64,000 nucleotides of DNA from Paracoccaceae bacterium (GCA_041687395.1 JAWLCA010000013.1:51470-115469); one strand, 5' to 3'; counted from the stretch's first letter, positions 17,975 through 26,879 are shown. The notes: generated by a model not told the origin, from the sequence alone. A program made the numbers and translations.

Positions 17975-19788
17975 TCCGCAGTCCCCTCGTACCACCAGAC
18001 CTCGGGTTGGAAGCCCAGCCAGTCCCCGTAAACTGGCAGATGGTCTGGAAATTTCAACTCGCGCCGGTGCGCGATGCGCGACACGTCGGTGTACCAGGCC
18101 GGGATCACGTAACGCCCCGAGGTCAGCACCCGGTCCAGCGCGCGGGTTGCGGACACGAAGTCCTCGTGACTCTCGGCGTTGAGCAGCCGGTCGATCATCG
18201 CATCCACCGCCGGCGAGGCGACGCCCATCCAGTTGCGGCTGCCCGGCTCCTCGACCCCGCGCGAACCCCAGTAAAGGATCTGCTCGTTCCCCGGCGACAG
18301 CGAGAGCGAGCGGGTGTACCACGCCATGTCGAAGTCATAGGTGTTCGTCCGCTCGGTATATTGTGCGGAATCGACCGTGGTGGTGCGCAGCGCGATGCCC
18401 AGCCGCTTCAATGCCTCGGCATAGATCGCGACGACCGCCTGCACCTCTGCCTGCCCCTGCGAGAGCAGCACCTCGATCTCGAAGGGCTGGCCGGCGGCGT
18501 TCTGCAGCACGCCGCCCACGACCGTCCACCCCGCCTCTTCGAGAAGGCGGGAGGCGGCACGGATGCCGGCGCGGTTGTTTTCCGACCCGTCGGTGACCGG
18601 CAACTTGTAGCCCTCCAGTGCGCCGGGAAGGAGCACGGCTGCATACGGCTGCAGCAGGTCGCGAACCGCGCCCTCGGCCGGTCCCTCGGCCATACCAAGG
18701 ACGGAGTTGGAGAAATACGAGGTGATCCGCGGCTCGGTCCCGCCGTTCAGTGTGTTGTTGATGAAGTCGAAGTTGAAGGCCTGGATCAGTGCCTCGCGCA
18801 CGCGCCAGTCGGCGAACTTGTCGCGCCGCGTGTTCATCACCAGGCCGGTGATGCCCGAGGGGCGCTGGTGCGCGATCTCGGATAGCACGACCGCGCCCGA
18901 CTGCACCGCGGGGAAGTTGTAGTTTATGCCCCAGCGGGACGGATTGCGTTCGCGGAAGGTGCTGATCTGGCCCGCCTTGAACGCCTCGAAGATCACGCCC
19001 GCGTCGCCGAAATAGTCGTAGCGCACCTCGTCAAAGTTGTGCTGGCCGCGGTTGAACGGGAGATCCTTCCCCCACCAGTCGGGGTTGCGGCGAAAGGTGA
19101 CGAAGCGCCCCGGCTCGAACGCATCCACGACGTAGGGGCCAGAGCCGATGGGGGCGTCCAGAGTGCTTTCGGTGAAATCGCGCCCCTCCCACTGGGCTTT
19201 CTTCAGCACAGGGCGCAGGCCGAGGATCAGCGGCATCTCGCGGTCGGACTCGGTGAAGGTGAAACGGACCGAGCGCGGCCCCGTCTGCTCCATCGTCGCG
19301 ATCTTGCGCCAGGCCCCCTGGTAGCGCGGCGCGCCCTGGGTCCCGAGCGTCTCGAAGGACCACATCACATCCTCGACCGTGACGGGGCTTCCGTCGGAGA
19401 ATCGCGCCGTCTCTCGCAGGGTGAATTCGACGAAGCTGCGCGCCGCGTCCGTCTCGACCGATTCGGCGAGAAGCCCGTAAAGGGTGAAGGGTTCGTCGTA
19501 GGCCCGGCCCATCAACGTCTCGACAGTCAGCTGGCCGAGGCTCCAGGGCGCGCGCCCGCGCAGGATGTAGGGATTGAGCGAATCGAAGCCGCCCGACTCG
19601 CCGAAGACGATTCGACCGCCCTTGGGCGCATCAGGGTTAACCTGCGGAAGATGCACAAAATCGGGTGGCAGCGCCGGGTCGCCGTACATAGCTATGCCAT
19701 GGGCCGGTTCAGCCAGAACGGGTGCGGCGGCTGCGATCAGCAGGGCAAGCGCCGTGCCAAGCAAGGGAGTCGGTCGGGGCTCACTCAT
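17971..19788 (-). CDS. ABC-transporter family-5 extracellular solute-binding protein (oligopeptide/YejA-like)
   Basis: 605 aa with a signal peptide and an SBP_bac_5-like body (GGRIVFGESGGFDSLNPY...). No permease or ATPase genes adjacent. Confidence 0.8.
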   Translation of the reverse strand: MSEPRPTPLLGTALALLIAAAAPVLAEPAHGIAMYGDPALPPDFVHLPQVNPDAPKGGRIVFGESGGFDSLNPYILRGRAPWSLGQLTVETLMGRAYDEPFTLYGLLAESVETDAARSFVEFTLRETARFSDGSPVTVEDVMWSFETLGTQGAPRYQGAWRKIATMEQTGPRSVRFTFTESDREMPLILGLRPVLKKAQWEGRDFTESTLDAPIGSGPYVVDAFEPGRFVTFRRNPDWWGKDLPFNRGQHNFDEVRYDYFGDAGVIFEAFKAGQISTFRERNPSRWGINYNFPAVQSGAVVLSEIAHQRPSGITGLVMNTRRDKFADWRVREALIQAFNFDFINNTLNGGTEPRITSYFSNSVLGMAEGPAEGAVRDLLQPYAAVLLPGALEGYKLPVTDGSENNRAGIRAASRLLEEAGWTVVGGVLQNAAGQPFEIEVLLSQGQAEVQAVVAIYAEALKRLGIALRTTTVDSAQYTERTNTYDFDMAWYTRSLSLSPGNEQILYWGSRGVEEPGSRNWMGVASPAVDAMIDRLLNAESHEDFVSATRALDRVLTSGRYVIPAWYTDVSRIAHRRELKFPDHLPVYGDWLGFQPEVWWYEGTAE

Positions 19789-19900
19789 CTTATGGTTGTG
19801 CTTTCTACCCTAGGGTTGCCTCGGTGGCAGGCTATCGCCATTGCTCCATGTTTTCAAACTTTTGGCTTGGCCGCTGGCAGAGAAAGGCTTATATGTAGGG

Positions 19901-19977
19901 CACTGCTCGATAGGTTTCTTGCCTGTATGAAACCTGCCTCAACGACTTGACGCCCGCCTTGTGCGGGCGTTTTTTTT
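19901..19977 (+). ncRNA. Candidate sRNA or bdhA 5' leader ending in a strong intrinsic terminator
   Basis: TTGGCC (19867-19872), 16-nt spacer, TTATAT (19889-19894). Hairpin aggtttc(19912-18)/gaaacct(19929-35). Terminator cgcccgc(19951-57)/gcgggcg(19963-69) followed by 8 T. No ORF. The 5' end is a guess. Confidence 0.35.
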
Positions 19978-20042
19978 CGCCTCTCACTGGTGTTTGCAGA
20001 CGCAGCGGCTATTCTCGCCGCAACTGCGAAAGGGAGCGATAC

Positions 20043-20822
20043 ATGACCAGCGAACTGGCCGGCAAGACCGCCGTCATCACGGGATCGACATCGGGAATCG
20101 GGCTGGGCATCGCCCGCGCGCTGGCGGGTGCCGGGGCAGATGTGGTGCTGAATTCGTTTTCCGACACCGAGGACGACCACGCCGCCGCGAGTGCGATCGC
20201 GGAGGAGTTCGGCGTGACCGCGCGCTACATTCAGGCCGACATGTCGAAGCCCGACCAGTGCCGCGCGCTGATCGAGAAAGCGGGCGCCTGCGATATCCTG
20301 GTCAACAACGCCGGCATCCAACACGTGGCGCGGATCGAGGAGTTCCCGGCCGACAAATGGGATGCGATCATCGCGATCAACCTGAACTCGGCCTTCCACA
20401 CGACGGCCGTCGCCCTGCCGAAGATGCGGGCGGCCGGCTGGGGCCGGGTGATCAATATCTCCAGCGCCCACGGGCTGACGGCCAGCCCCTACAAGTCGGC
20501 CTATGTGGCCGCCAAGCACGGCATCGTCGGGCTGACCAAGGTCACCGCGCTGGAAACCGCGAAGGAGCCGATCACCTGCAATGCGATCTGTCCCGGCTAT
20601 GTGCTGACGCCCATCGTCGAGGCGCAGATCCCCGACCAGATGAAGACCCACGACATGGACCGCGAGACGGTGATCGAGAAGGTGATGCTGGCGCGTCAAC
20701 CCTCGGGCGAGTTCGCGACGGTCGAACAGGTGGGCGGCACGGCGGTGTTCCTGTGCAGCCCGCATGCCGATCAGATCACCGGCACGACCATCTCGGTCGA
20801 TGGCGGCTGGACGGCACTGTAG
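20043..20822 (+). CDS. bdhA: 3-hydroxybutyrate dehydrogenase (SDR family)
   Basis: Start MTSELAGKTAVITGSTSGIGLGIA. Catalytic motif YKSAYVAAKHG present. C-terminus GTTISVDGGWTAL is typical of BdhA. Confidence 0.85.
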   Translation: MTSELAGKTAVITGSTSGIGLGIARALAGAGADVVLNSFSDTEDDHAAASAIAEEFGVTARYIQADMSKPDQCRALIEKAGACDILVNNAGIQHVARIEEFPADKWDAIIAINLNSAFHTTAVALPKMRAAGWGRVINISSAHGLTASPYKSAYVAAKHGIVGLTKVTALETAKEPITCNAICPGYVLTPIVEAQIPDQMKTHDMDRETVIEKVMLARQPSGEFATVEQVGGTAVFLCSPHADQITGTTISVDGGWTAL

Positions 20823-20826
20823 GCCG

Positions 20827-21882
20827 ATGACGGGCGCGCCGCGGCGGATCAATCTGGCGCTGCAGGGGGGTGGCGCGCATGGCGCCTATACCTGGGGCGT
20901 GCTGGACCGGCTTTTGCAGGACGACACGATCGAGATCGCGGGCGTCTCCGGCACCTCGGCTGGCGCGCTGAACGGGGCGGCGCTGAAGGCGGGACTCTTA
21001 TCGGCCGAGGGAAAGGCTGGGCGCGAGGCGGCGCGCGAGAACCTCGACTGGCTGTGGCGGCAGGTGGGAGCTGTGGGCGACATGCGGCTGGCGGGCTGGA
21101 TCGCGCCGTGGTTGCCTCCCGTTGGAAGCCTTGCCCGGATGGCCGAGGCGGCGGTGCCGATCGGACCGGCGGAATGGGTGTCGCGCATCTTCAGTCCCTA
21201 TTCCTATGGCCCCCTGTGGCGCAATCCGCTGGAGCGGGTGGTGCGGCGGTTCCGCTTCGACAGGGTGTGCGCCGCCGAGGGGCCGGCGCTGTTCATCTCG
21301 GCCACCAATGTGCGCACCGGCAAGATCCGGGTGTTCGAGGGGGCGGAGATCTCGCCCGACGTGCTGCTGGCTTCGGCCTGCCTGCCGACGATCTTTCGCG
21401 CGGTAGAGATCCCCGATCCTGAAACCGGCCGGGTCGAGGCCTATTGGGATGGCGGCTATTCCGGCAACCCGGCGCTGTTCCCGCTGTTTCGCAAGGATCT
21501 GCCGGATGACATCGTGATCGTGAACATCAACCCGCTGCACCGCGAGGAGGTGCCGACCACCCCGCAGGACATCCTGAACCGGATCAACGAGATCAGCTTC
21601 AACTCGTCCCTGCTGCGGGAATTGCGCGCCATCGCCTTCGTGAAGGAGTTGCTCGCCGAGGGGCGGATGAAGCGGGGCGAGATGAAGGACGTTCTGGTCC
21701 ACATGATCGCGGATGATGCGCTGATGACCTCGCTGACCTCCTCGACGAAACTGCTGCCGACGCCGCTTTTGCTGCATCAACTGAAGGAGGCCGGGCGGGT
21801 GGCGGCGGACAAGTTCCTGACCGAGTGCGGGTCCTCGCTGAACAACGCGGCGACGGTCGATCTGCCGGCGATGCTGAACTGA
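20827..21882 (+). CDS. Patatin-like phospholipase family protein
   Basis: Start MTGAPRRINLALQGGGAHGAY (oxyanion GGGxxG) with nucleophile motif GVSGTSAGA (GxSxG). Lies 4 nt after the bdhA stop. Confidence 0.85.
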   Translation: MTGAPRRINLALQGGGAHGAYTWGVLDRLLQDDTIEIAGVSGTSAGALNGAALKAGLLSAEGKAGREAARENLDWLWRQVGAVGDMRLAGWIAPWLPPVGSLARMAEAAVPIGPAEWVSRIFSPYSYGPLWRNPLERVVRRFRFDRVCAAEGPALFISATNVRTGKIRVFEGAEISPDVLLASACLPTIFRAVEIPDPETGRVEAYWDGGYSGNPALFPLFRKDLPDDIVIVNINPLHREEVPTTPQDILNRINEISFNSSLLRELRAIAFVKELLAEGRMKRGEMKDVLVHMIADDALMTSLTSSTKLLPTPLLLHQLKEAGRVAADKFLTECGSSLNNAATVDLPAMLN

Positions 21883-21976
21883 TCACGGCCTGCTCACGCG
21901 TGAGCAAAATTCCAACCCGCTGATTTTACATGATAACCTGTTTTTTCTTCACCTGATCTTAACCGTTGGCGACCGC

Positions 21977-23167
21977 CTACGCTTCGCCACGCAAACCGCC
22001 GAGGAAGCCGATGGCGGCGCCCATCATGCCCTCCCACGCCGGGTCTTGCGGCAGGGGAACGTGATTGCGGCTGTCGATCACGACCAGTTGCGCCCCCGGT
22101 ATCCCGGCCGCCAGCATCCGGCCCTGCGACAGCGGATGCACGGCGTCGCCCTGCGCATGGATCACCAGCACCGGCGCGCGGACCCGGTCCAGCAGGTCGG
22201 TCACGTCGAATCCGTCGATGGCCCGGCGCAGCGCCACGGCATTTTCGGCGCTGGCCGAGGAAAGCTGCATCCGCACCAACCCGCTCCGTTCTTCTGCGTT
22301 GGCGTCTGGCATGAAAAGCGTGGCGAAGGAGTCGGCGAAGGCGCTGGACCGCCCCCAGCCCTCGCGCACCATGGTCAGCACGGCCTCGGCAGTGGCGCGC
22401 TCCTCGGCCGTGCCGCGCACGGCGCGGCCTTGGGCGTAGCCGCCATACAGCACCAGGCCCGAGATGCGGTCGGGATGGGCGACGGCATAGGCGATGCTGA
22501 CCGGCACGCCCTGCGAGGCGGCGAAGATCGGAAAGCGGTCCAGGTCTGCGGCGTCCGCCACCGCGCCCAGATCCGCCACCAGTGCCGCCAACCCATAGGC
22601 GGGCGGCGCCGCGTCAGACAGCCCGGTGCCGCGCTGATCGTAGCGGGTGACGCTGGACTGCGCCCCCAGACGGTCCAGCAGCGGCCGCCAGATCGGGCTT
22701 TTCCAGTCCTCTTCCAGATGGGTCAGAAAGTGTCCGGCGCGCAGCAGCGGCGGCCCCTGCCCCGTCGTCGCATAGGCGATGCGCGTGCCGTCCGCCGACC
22801 GGGCCACGCGGATGCGCTGCGCCCGATCTGCCGCTGCAGCGGGTGGGCCGGCTGGCGCATCGGTGGACACGGGGGGCAGGAACCGGAACCCGCAGCGGGG
22901 CACGGTTTCCAGCATGGTCTGCGTGCGCCCACTGTCCCCCAGCGCCCGGCGCAGCGCCGCGATCCGTGACGACAGCGCGGCGTCGGAGACGATCCGCCCA
23001 TGCCAGATCTCCTGAAAGATGCGGTCCTGCGTCACCAGCTCGCCCGGATGGTGGACGAACAACGCCAGCAGGTCGAACACCTGCGGCTCCAGCGCGACAC
23101 GTACGCCGGCGCGGCTAAACTCATGCGCCACAAGGTCAAGCGCGCAGTCGGCGAAGCGGTAGATCAT
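21977..23167 (-). CDS. Winged-helix (OmpR/CadC-type trans_reg_C) DNA-binding domain fused to alpha/beta-hydrolase domain
   Basis: N-terminus MIYRFADCALDLVAHEFSRAGVRVALEPQVFDLLALFVHHPGELVTQDRIFQEIWHG...VPRCGFRF. The C-terminal approximately 270 aa is an alpha/beta-hydrolase fold (FAASQG nucleophile-elbow-like; HAQGDAVHP). Confidence 0.75.
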   Translation of the reverse strand: MIYRFADCALDLVAHEFSRAGVRVALEPQVFDLLALFVHHPGELVTQDRIFQEIWHGRIVSDAALSSRIAALRRALGDSGRTQTMLETVPRCGFRFLPPVSTDAPAGPPAAAADRAQRIRVARSADGTRIAYATTGQGPPLLRAGHFLTHLEEDWKSPIWRPLLDRLGAQSSVTRYDQRGTGLSDAAPPAYGLAALVADLGAVADAADLDRFPIFAASQGVPVSIAYAVAHPDRISGLVLYGGYAQGRAVRGTAEERATAEAVLTMVREGWGRSSAFADSFATLFMPDANAEERSGLVRMQLSSASAENAVALRRAIDGFDVTDLLDRVRAPVLVIHAQGDAVHPLSQGRMLAAGIPGAQLVVIDSRNHVPLPQDPAWEGMMGAAIGFLGGLRGEA

Positions 23168-23332
23168 CGGCACAACATAGCACGCCGACAAGCGGCCGTG
23201 CGCCACTTCGCGCGGATAGGGCCGCAGATTCCACGACTTCTGCAGAGATTCTCTGGAGTTTCCTCAGCGACGCTTCAAGCGCGCCCCGGACAGTCGCGCG
23301 ATCCTGTCCGCAGTACAACGGGAGGATGAGCG

Positions 23333-23518
23333 ATGGACAAGGTTGAACAGCCGAAGATCCGTCGACGCGCCAACGGATCCATCGATACCGACAGCTATGT
23401 CGACCGCGGGGCCGATGTGCGGGCAAGGGCGGCGCAGGCGCTGATCCGCGCCGCGGTATCGCGGCTGGGGCGAATCTGGTGGCCAGCGGCTCGGGACCGG
23501 GGCCTGCGAAACGGGTGA
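23333..23518 (+). CDS. Small hypothetical protein (61 aa)
   Basis: A strong GGGAGGA SD lies 7 nt upstream of the ATG. The composition is basic and helical. No family confidently recognised. Confidence 0.45.
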   Translation: MDKVEQPKIRRRANGSIDTDSYVDRGADVRARAAQALIRAAVSRLGRIWWPAARDRGLRNG

Positions 23519-23595
23519 GGCGGGTCGCCTGCGGTGGCAGCGGTCCGGGCCGCGGACGCGCGGCCCGCGATGGGACGTGCGGGCGCTTGCCCCCC

Positions 23596-24312
23596 CTATT
23601 CCGCCGCGCGGTCGGGGCGGTGTGGCAGCACTTCGGGCGGTTTGCGCGGATCCTTGGGGTTCGGGTAGACGAGGCCCGCCGAGATCACCAGCTTCGCCGC
23701 ATCCTCGACCGACATCTCAAGATAGATCAGGTCGGCAACCGGCACGAACAGCAGGAAGCCCGAAGTCGGGTTCGGCGTCGTGGGCAGGAAGACGCTGGCC
23801 ACCGGCCCCCCCAGATCGCCGCGGTCGACAAGGCTGCCCGCGATCTCGCCCTTGGCGTTGGTCGAGATGAAGCCGATCGCCCAGATCCCGCGGCGGGGAT
23901 ATTCCACCAGAACCGCGCGGTCGAACGAGGTTTCGCTTTGGGCAAAGACCGTCTCGGCGATCTGTTTCAACCCGTTGTAGAGAGAGCGGACAACGGGCAT
24001 CCGGTCCACGATCCGTTCGCCGAAATGGATCATCTGCCGCCCGATCAGGCCCTTGGCCAGCCACCCCACCAGGATCGTGAAGATCAGGAAGATGATCACG
24101 CCCGCGCCGCGGATGTCGTAGCCGGTCAGGAAGAAGGGGTGGTAGCGGTCGGGCACGAAGGGCAGGACGAGGTCGTCGATCCAGCCGATCGCGCTCCATA
24201 TCAGATAGAGTGTCAGGCTGATCGGCAGCACGACCACGAGGCCGGTGAGGAAATTGGCCCTGAAGCCGCCCAGCAGGCCGCGCTTCTTGCCGTGGGGGTC
24301 GTGTTCAGTCAT
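23596..24312 (-). CDS. DUF502 domain-containing membrane protein
   Basis: 238 aa. N-terminal TM region FLTGLVVVLPISLTLYLIWSAIGWIDDLV and overall layout are typical of DUF502. Confidence 0.75.
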   Translation of the reverse strand: MTEHDPHGKKRGLLGGFRANFLTGLVVVLPISLTLYLIWSAIGWIDDLVLPFVPDRYHPFFLTGYDIRGAGVIIFLIFTILVGWLAKGLIGRQMIHFGERIVDRMPVVRSLYNGLKQIAETVFAQSETSFDRAVLVEYPRRGIWAIGFISTNAKGEIAGSLVDRGDLGGPVASVFLPTTPNPTSGFLLFVPVADLIYLEMSVEDAAKLVISAGLVYPNPKDPRKPPEVLPHRPDRAAE

Positions 24313-24367
24313 TGGTCGTCCGCCGGATGCATGCCGGCGGAATGTAGTCGTGCGGCCCGCAAGCTAC

Positions 24368-24411
24368 AATGACGGTCGCGCCACTATAGAATGACGGTCG
24401 CGCCACTATAG
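24368..24411. repeat. Perfect 22-bp tandem duplication (2 copies) spanning the psuG stop codon
   Basis: aatgacggtcgcgccactatag at 24368-24389 and again at 24390-24411. Confidence 0.9.
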
Positions 24412-25314
24412 CAGGTGCCGGGCGATCCCGGCCGCAAGGCGCGCGTTGTTCTTCACCAGCGCGATGTTGGCCGCCAGCGTCGCGCCCCCTGTCAACTCGT
24501 ACAGGCGATCCAGCAGGAAGGGCGTGACCGCCTTGGCCGCGATGCCGTGCGCGGCGGCCTCGGTCAGGGCGCGGTCGATCAGCGGGGCGAGATCGGCCTG
24601 CGGGATCTCGTGTTCGGCCGGGATCGGGTTGGCGACCAGCTGGCCGCCCGGCAGGCCAAGGCGGGCACGCATCACATGGGCGGCGGCGATCTCTTCGGCG
24701 CTGTCCAGCCGCAGGGGCGCGCGCAGGCCCGCGCTGCGCGACCAGAAGGCCGGCAGATCGTCCTGCCCATGGGCGATCACCGGCACGCCCAGGGTTTCCA
24801 GCACCTCGTAAGTCTTGGGCAGGTCGAGCATCGCCTTGGCCCCGGCCGCGACGACCGTCACCGGGGTCTGCGCCAGTTCCTGCAGGTCGGCCGAGATGTC
24901 GAAGCTGCCTTCCGCCCCGCGATGCACCCCGCCGATGCCGCCGGTGGCAAAGACCGGTATGCCCGCCAGCCGAGCGCAGATCATCGTCGCTGCGACGGTG
25001 GTGGCCCCCATCCGGCCCGAGGTGAGACAGGCGGCCAGATCCGCGCGCGACAGTTTCATCACGCCCTGGGCCTGGGCCAGCGCCTCCAGCTCGTCGCCGG
25101 TCAGGCCCACGTGGATCTGCCCGCCAAGCACCGCGATGGTGGCGGGGACGGCACCCGCGGCGCGCACCTCCTCCTCGACCGCCTGGGCGGTGGTCAGGTT
25201 GTCGGGAAAGGGCATCCCGTGGGTGATGATGGTCGATTCCAGCGCCACGACGGGGCGGCCGGCGGCGCGGGCGTCGGCCACCTCGTGCGAGAAGTTCAGG
25301 GGCGCTCCGGTCAT
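24406..25314 (-). CDS. psuG: Pseudouridine-5'-phosphate glycosidase
   Basis: Internal start MTGAPLNFSHEVADARAAGRPVVALESTIITHGMPFP (ATG complement 25312-25314). PsuG/IndA blocks run throughout. Confidence 0.9.
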   Translation of the reverse strand: MTGAPLNFSHEVADARAAGRPVVALESTIITHGMPFPDNLTTAQAVEEEVRAAGAVPATIAVLGGQIHVGLTGDELEALAQAQGVMKLSRADLAACLTSGRMGATTVAATMICARLAGIPVFATGGIGGVHRGAEGSFDISADLQELAQTPVTVVAAGAKAMLDLPKTYEVLETLGVPVIAHGQDDLPAFWSRSAGLRAPLRLDSAEEIAAAHVMRARLGLPGGQLVANPIPAEHEIPQADLAPLIDRALTEAAAHGIAAKAVTPFLLDRLYELTGGATLAANIALVKNNARLAAGIARHLL

Positions 25315-26201
25315 GCGATGTCTCCCGAGACGTAGTCGGCTGCGGATTGCAGCGCGCGGTGAAGGGCGGCGGCGCGGTCGGCCGCCGCCCGTTGGGCGGC
25401 GATATGGGCGGCCATGAAGGTGTCGCCCGCCCCGGTCACGCGGGTGACCAGTACCTGCGGCGGCGGGGCACAGATTACGCCGTCGGCGGTGCCATCCGCG
25501 GCCAGACGCCCCCCATCCGTCACCAGCGCGCGCATGGCGCCGCGCGCGACCAGTGCCGTCGCAGCGGCATCGGCGCTGTCGAAGCGGGTCTGGCAGAGGA
25601 TCCCGGCCTCTTCCAGATTGACGTAGAGTGTCGCGCGGGCCCCGTGCAGGAACGGCAGCAGCCGCTCGGCCTTGCCGGGGCTGGCGGGGGCCACGCGCAG
25701 ATCGGCGGCGGCGAACAGGGGCGAGACGGCGATGTCGTGCAGAAGCGCCTCGGTCAGGTTGCCATCCAGCACGATGGGGCCCGACCAAGGCGCGGCGGCC
25801 GAGCCCAGCCTCCCATCGGAGAGCGGGCGGAGGATCTTGTCGCCTGCAGCTTCCAGCGAGTGCGCGTCGGCAATCGCGGCGATCAGGCCGTTCGCGCCCT
25901 CGACCGCCATGTACCGATCGGTGGGCAGGTCGTCGGACAGGTAGATGTGATCCGTGACCAGCCCCATCCGGGCGCAGGCGGCAAGGAGTTCAGTCCCCTC
26001 CTCGTCCCGGCCGATGGTGGTCAGGAGCGCGGGCGTCAGGTCGAAGCGGCGGAGCGTCATGGCGATGTTCAGCGCCACTCCGCCGGGCAGCCGGGTGATC
26101 CGGCCCGGCACGTCGGAGCCCACCCGCATTGTCGCTGCCGAGCGGCCGATCACGTCCCACAGGACCGATCCAATACACAGGATATCGGGCGCGGCGCTCA
26201 T
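25311..26201 (-). CDS. psuK: PfkB-family carbohydrate kinase, pseudouridine kinase-like
   Basis: 296 aa with the GAGDTF motif. Shows a 4-nt overlap with psuG downstream. Confidence 0.8.
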   Translation of the reverse strand: MSAAPDILCIGSVLWDVIGRSAATMRVGSDVPGRITRLPGGVALNIAMTLRRFDLTPALLTTIGRDEEGTELLAACARMGLVTDHIYLSDDLPTDRYMAVEGANGLIAAIADAHSLEAAGDKILRPLSDGRLGSAAAPWSGPIVLDGNLTEALLHDIAVSPLFAAADLRVAPASPGKAERLLPFLHGARATLYVNLEEAGILCQTRFDSADAAATALVARGAMRALVTDGGRLAADGTADGVICAPPPQVLVTRVTGAGDTFMAAHIAAQRAAADRAAALHRALQSAADYVSGDIA

Positions 26202-26226
26202 GCCGCTTTGTCGCGCGGGCAGACCG

Positions 26227-26850
26227 TCAAGGCAAGGCCTGGAACAGCACCCGAACCATGTCGCGGAACAGGAGCACCTGCCGCGGCAGCACGTGCGGCT
26301 CGCGCGTGGCTCTGGATACGATGATACCGCCCTCGCAGATCGCGGACATCATGTCGCCGAGCGCGTCGCAATCGACGGGCGTTCGCGGCGGATAGTGATC
26401 TGCGATTTCGCGGAACATGGCGCTGAACCGCGCGCGCCACCCCAGGATCGCGTGCCGGTTGATCTCGCGCACGTCGGCGTCGAACAGACGGTCCTGATAG
26501 CACGCCGTCGCGATCAGACAGCCCGGATGCCCGCCGGGAATGTCCTCGAACAACTCTGCCAGCAGCTTGAGTCCGACAAGCATGGTCTGCAGGGGGTCAC
26601 CCGTCAGCTCGCGTGCGCGGCCGAAAAGGTCGTCGAAGATGCGGTTCTCTTCCGCAATGTACCGGTCGATCAGGGCCCGGGCGAGCGCGTTCTTGTCGGG
26701 GAAATGGTAGAAAAAGCCCCCCTTGGTGATCTCGACCGCAGCCACGATCTCTTCGATCGACGTCGCCTCGAACCCCTTGGCCAATACGGCCTCTTGCGCC
26801 ACGTCGAGGATGCGCTGGCGTGTGGATGTGCCCCGAAGGTTGGTGTTCAT
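26227..26850 (-). CDS. TetR/AcrR-family transcriptional regulator
   Basis: Start MNTNLRGTSTRQRILDVAQEAVLAKGFEATSIEEI, preceded by an AAGGAAGGG SD. The track start at 26871 is less likely. Confidence 0.85.
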   Translation of the reverse strand: MNTNLRGTSTRQRILDVAQEAVLAKGFEATSIEEIVAAVEITKGGFFYHFPDKNALARALIDRYIAEENRIFDDLFGRARELTGDPLQTMLVGLKLLAELFEDIPGGHPGCLIATACYQDRLFDADVREINRHAILGWRARFSAMFREIADHYPPRTPVDCDALGDMMSAICEGGIIVSRATREPHVLPRQVLLFRDMVRVLFQALP

Positions 26851-26862
26851 CGCCCTTCCTTT

Positions 26863-26879
26863 CTGGACCAATGGTACAG
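26863..26879. promoter_or_regulatory. Candidate TetR operator (17-bp near-palindrome)
   Basis: CTGGACCAaTGGTACAG, with one mismatched pair. Located 13 nt upstream of the tetR start. A related half-site, CTGACCA, occurs at 26962. Confidence 0.35.
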
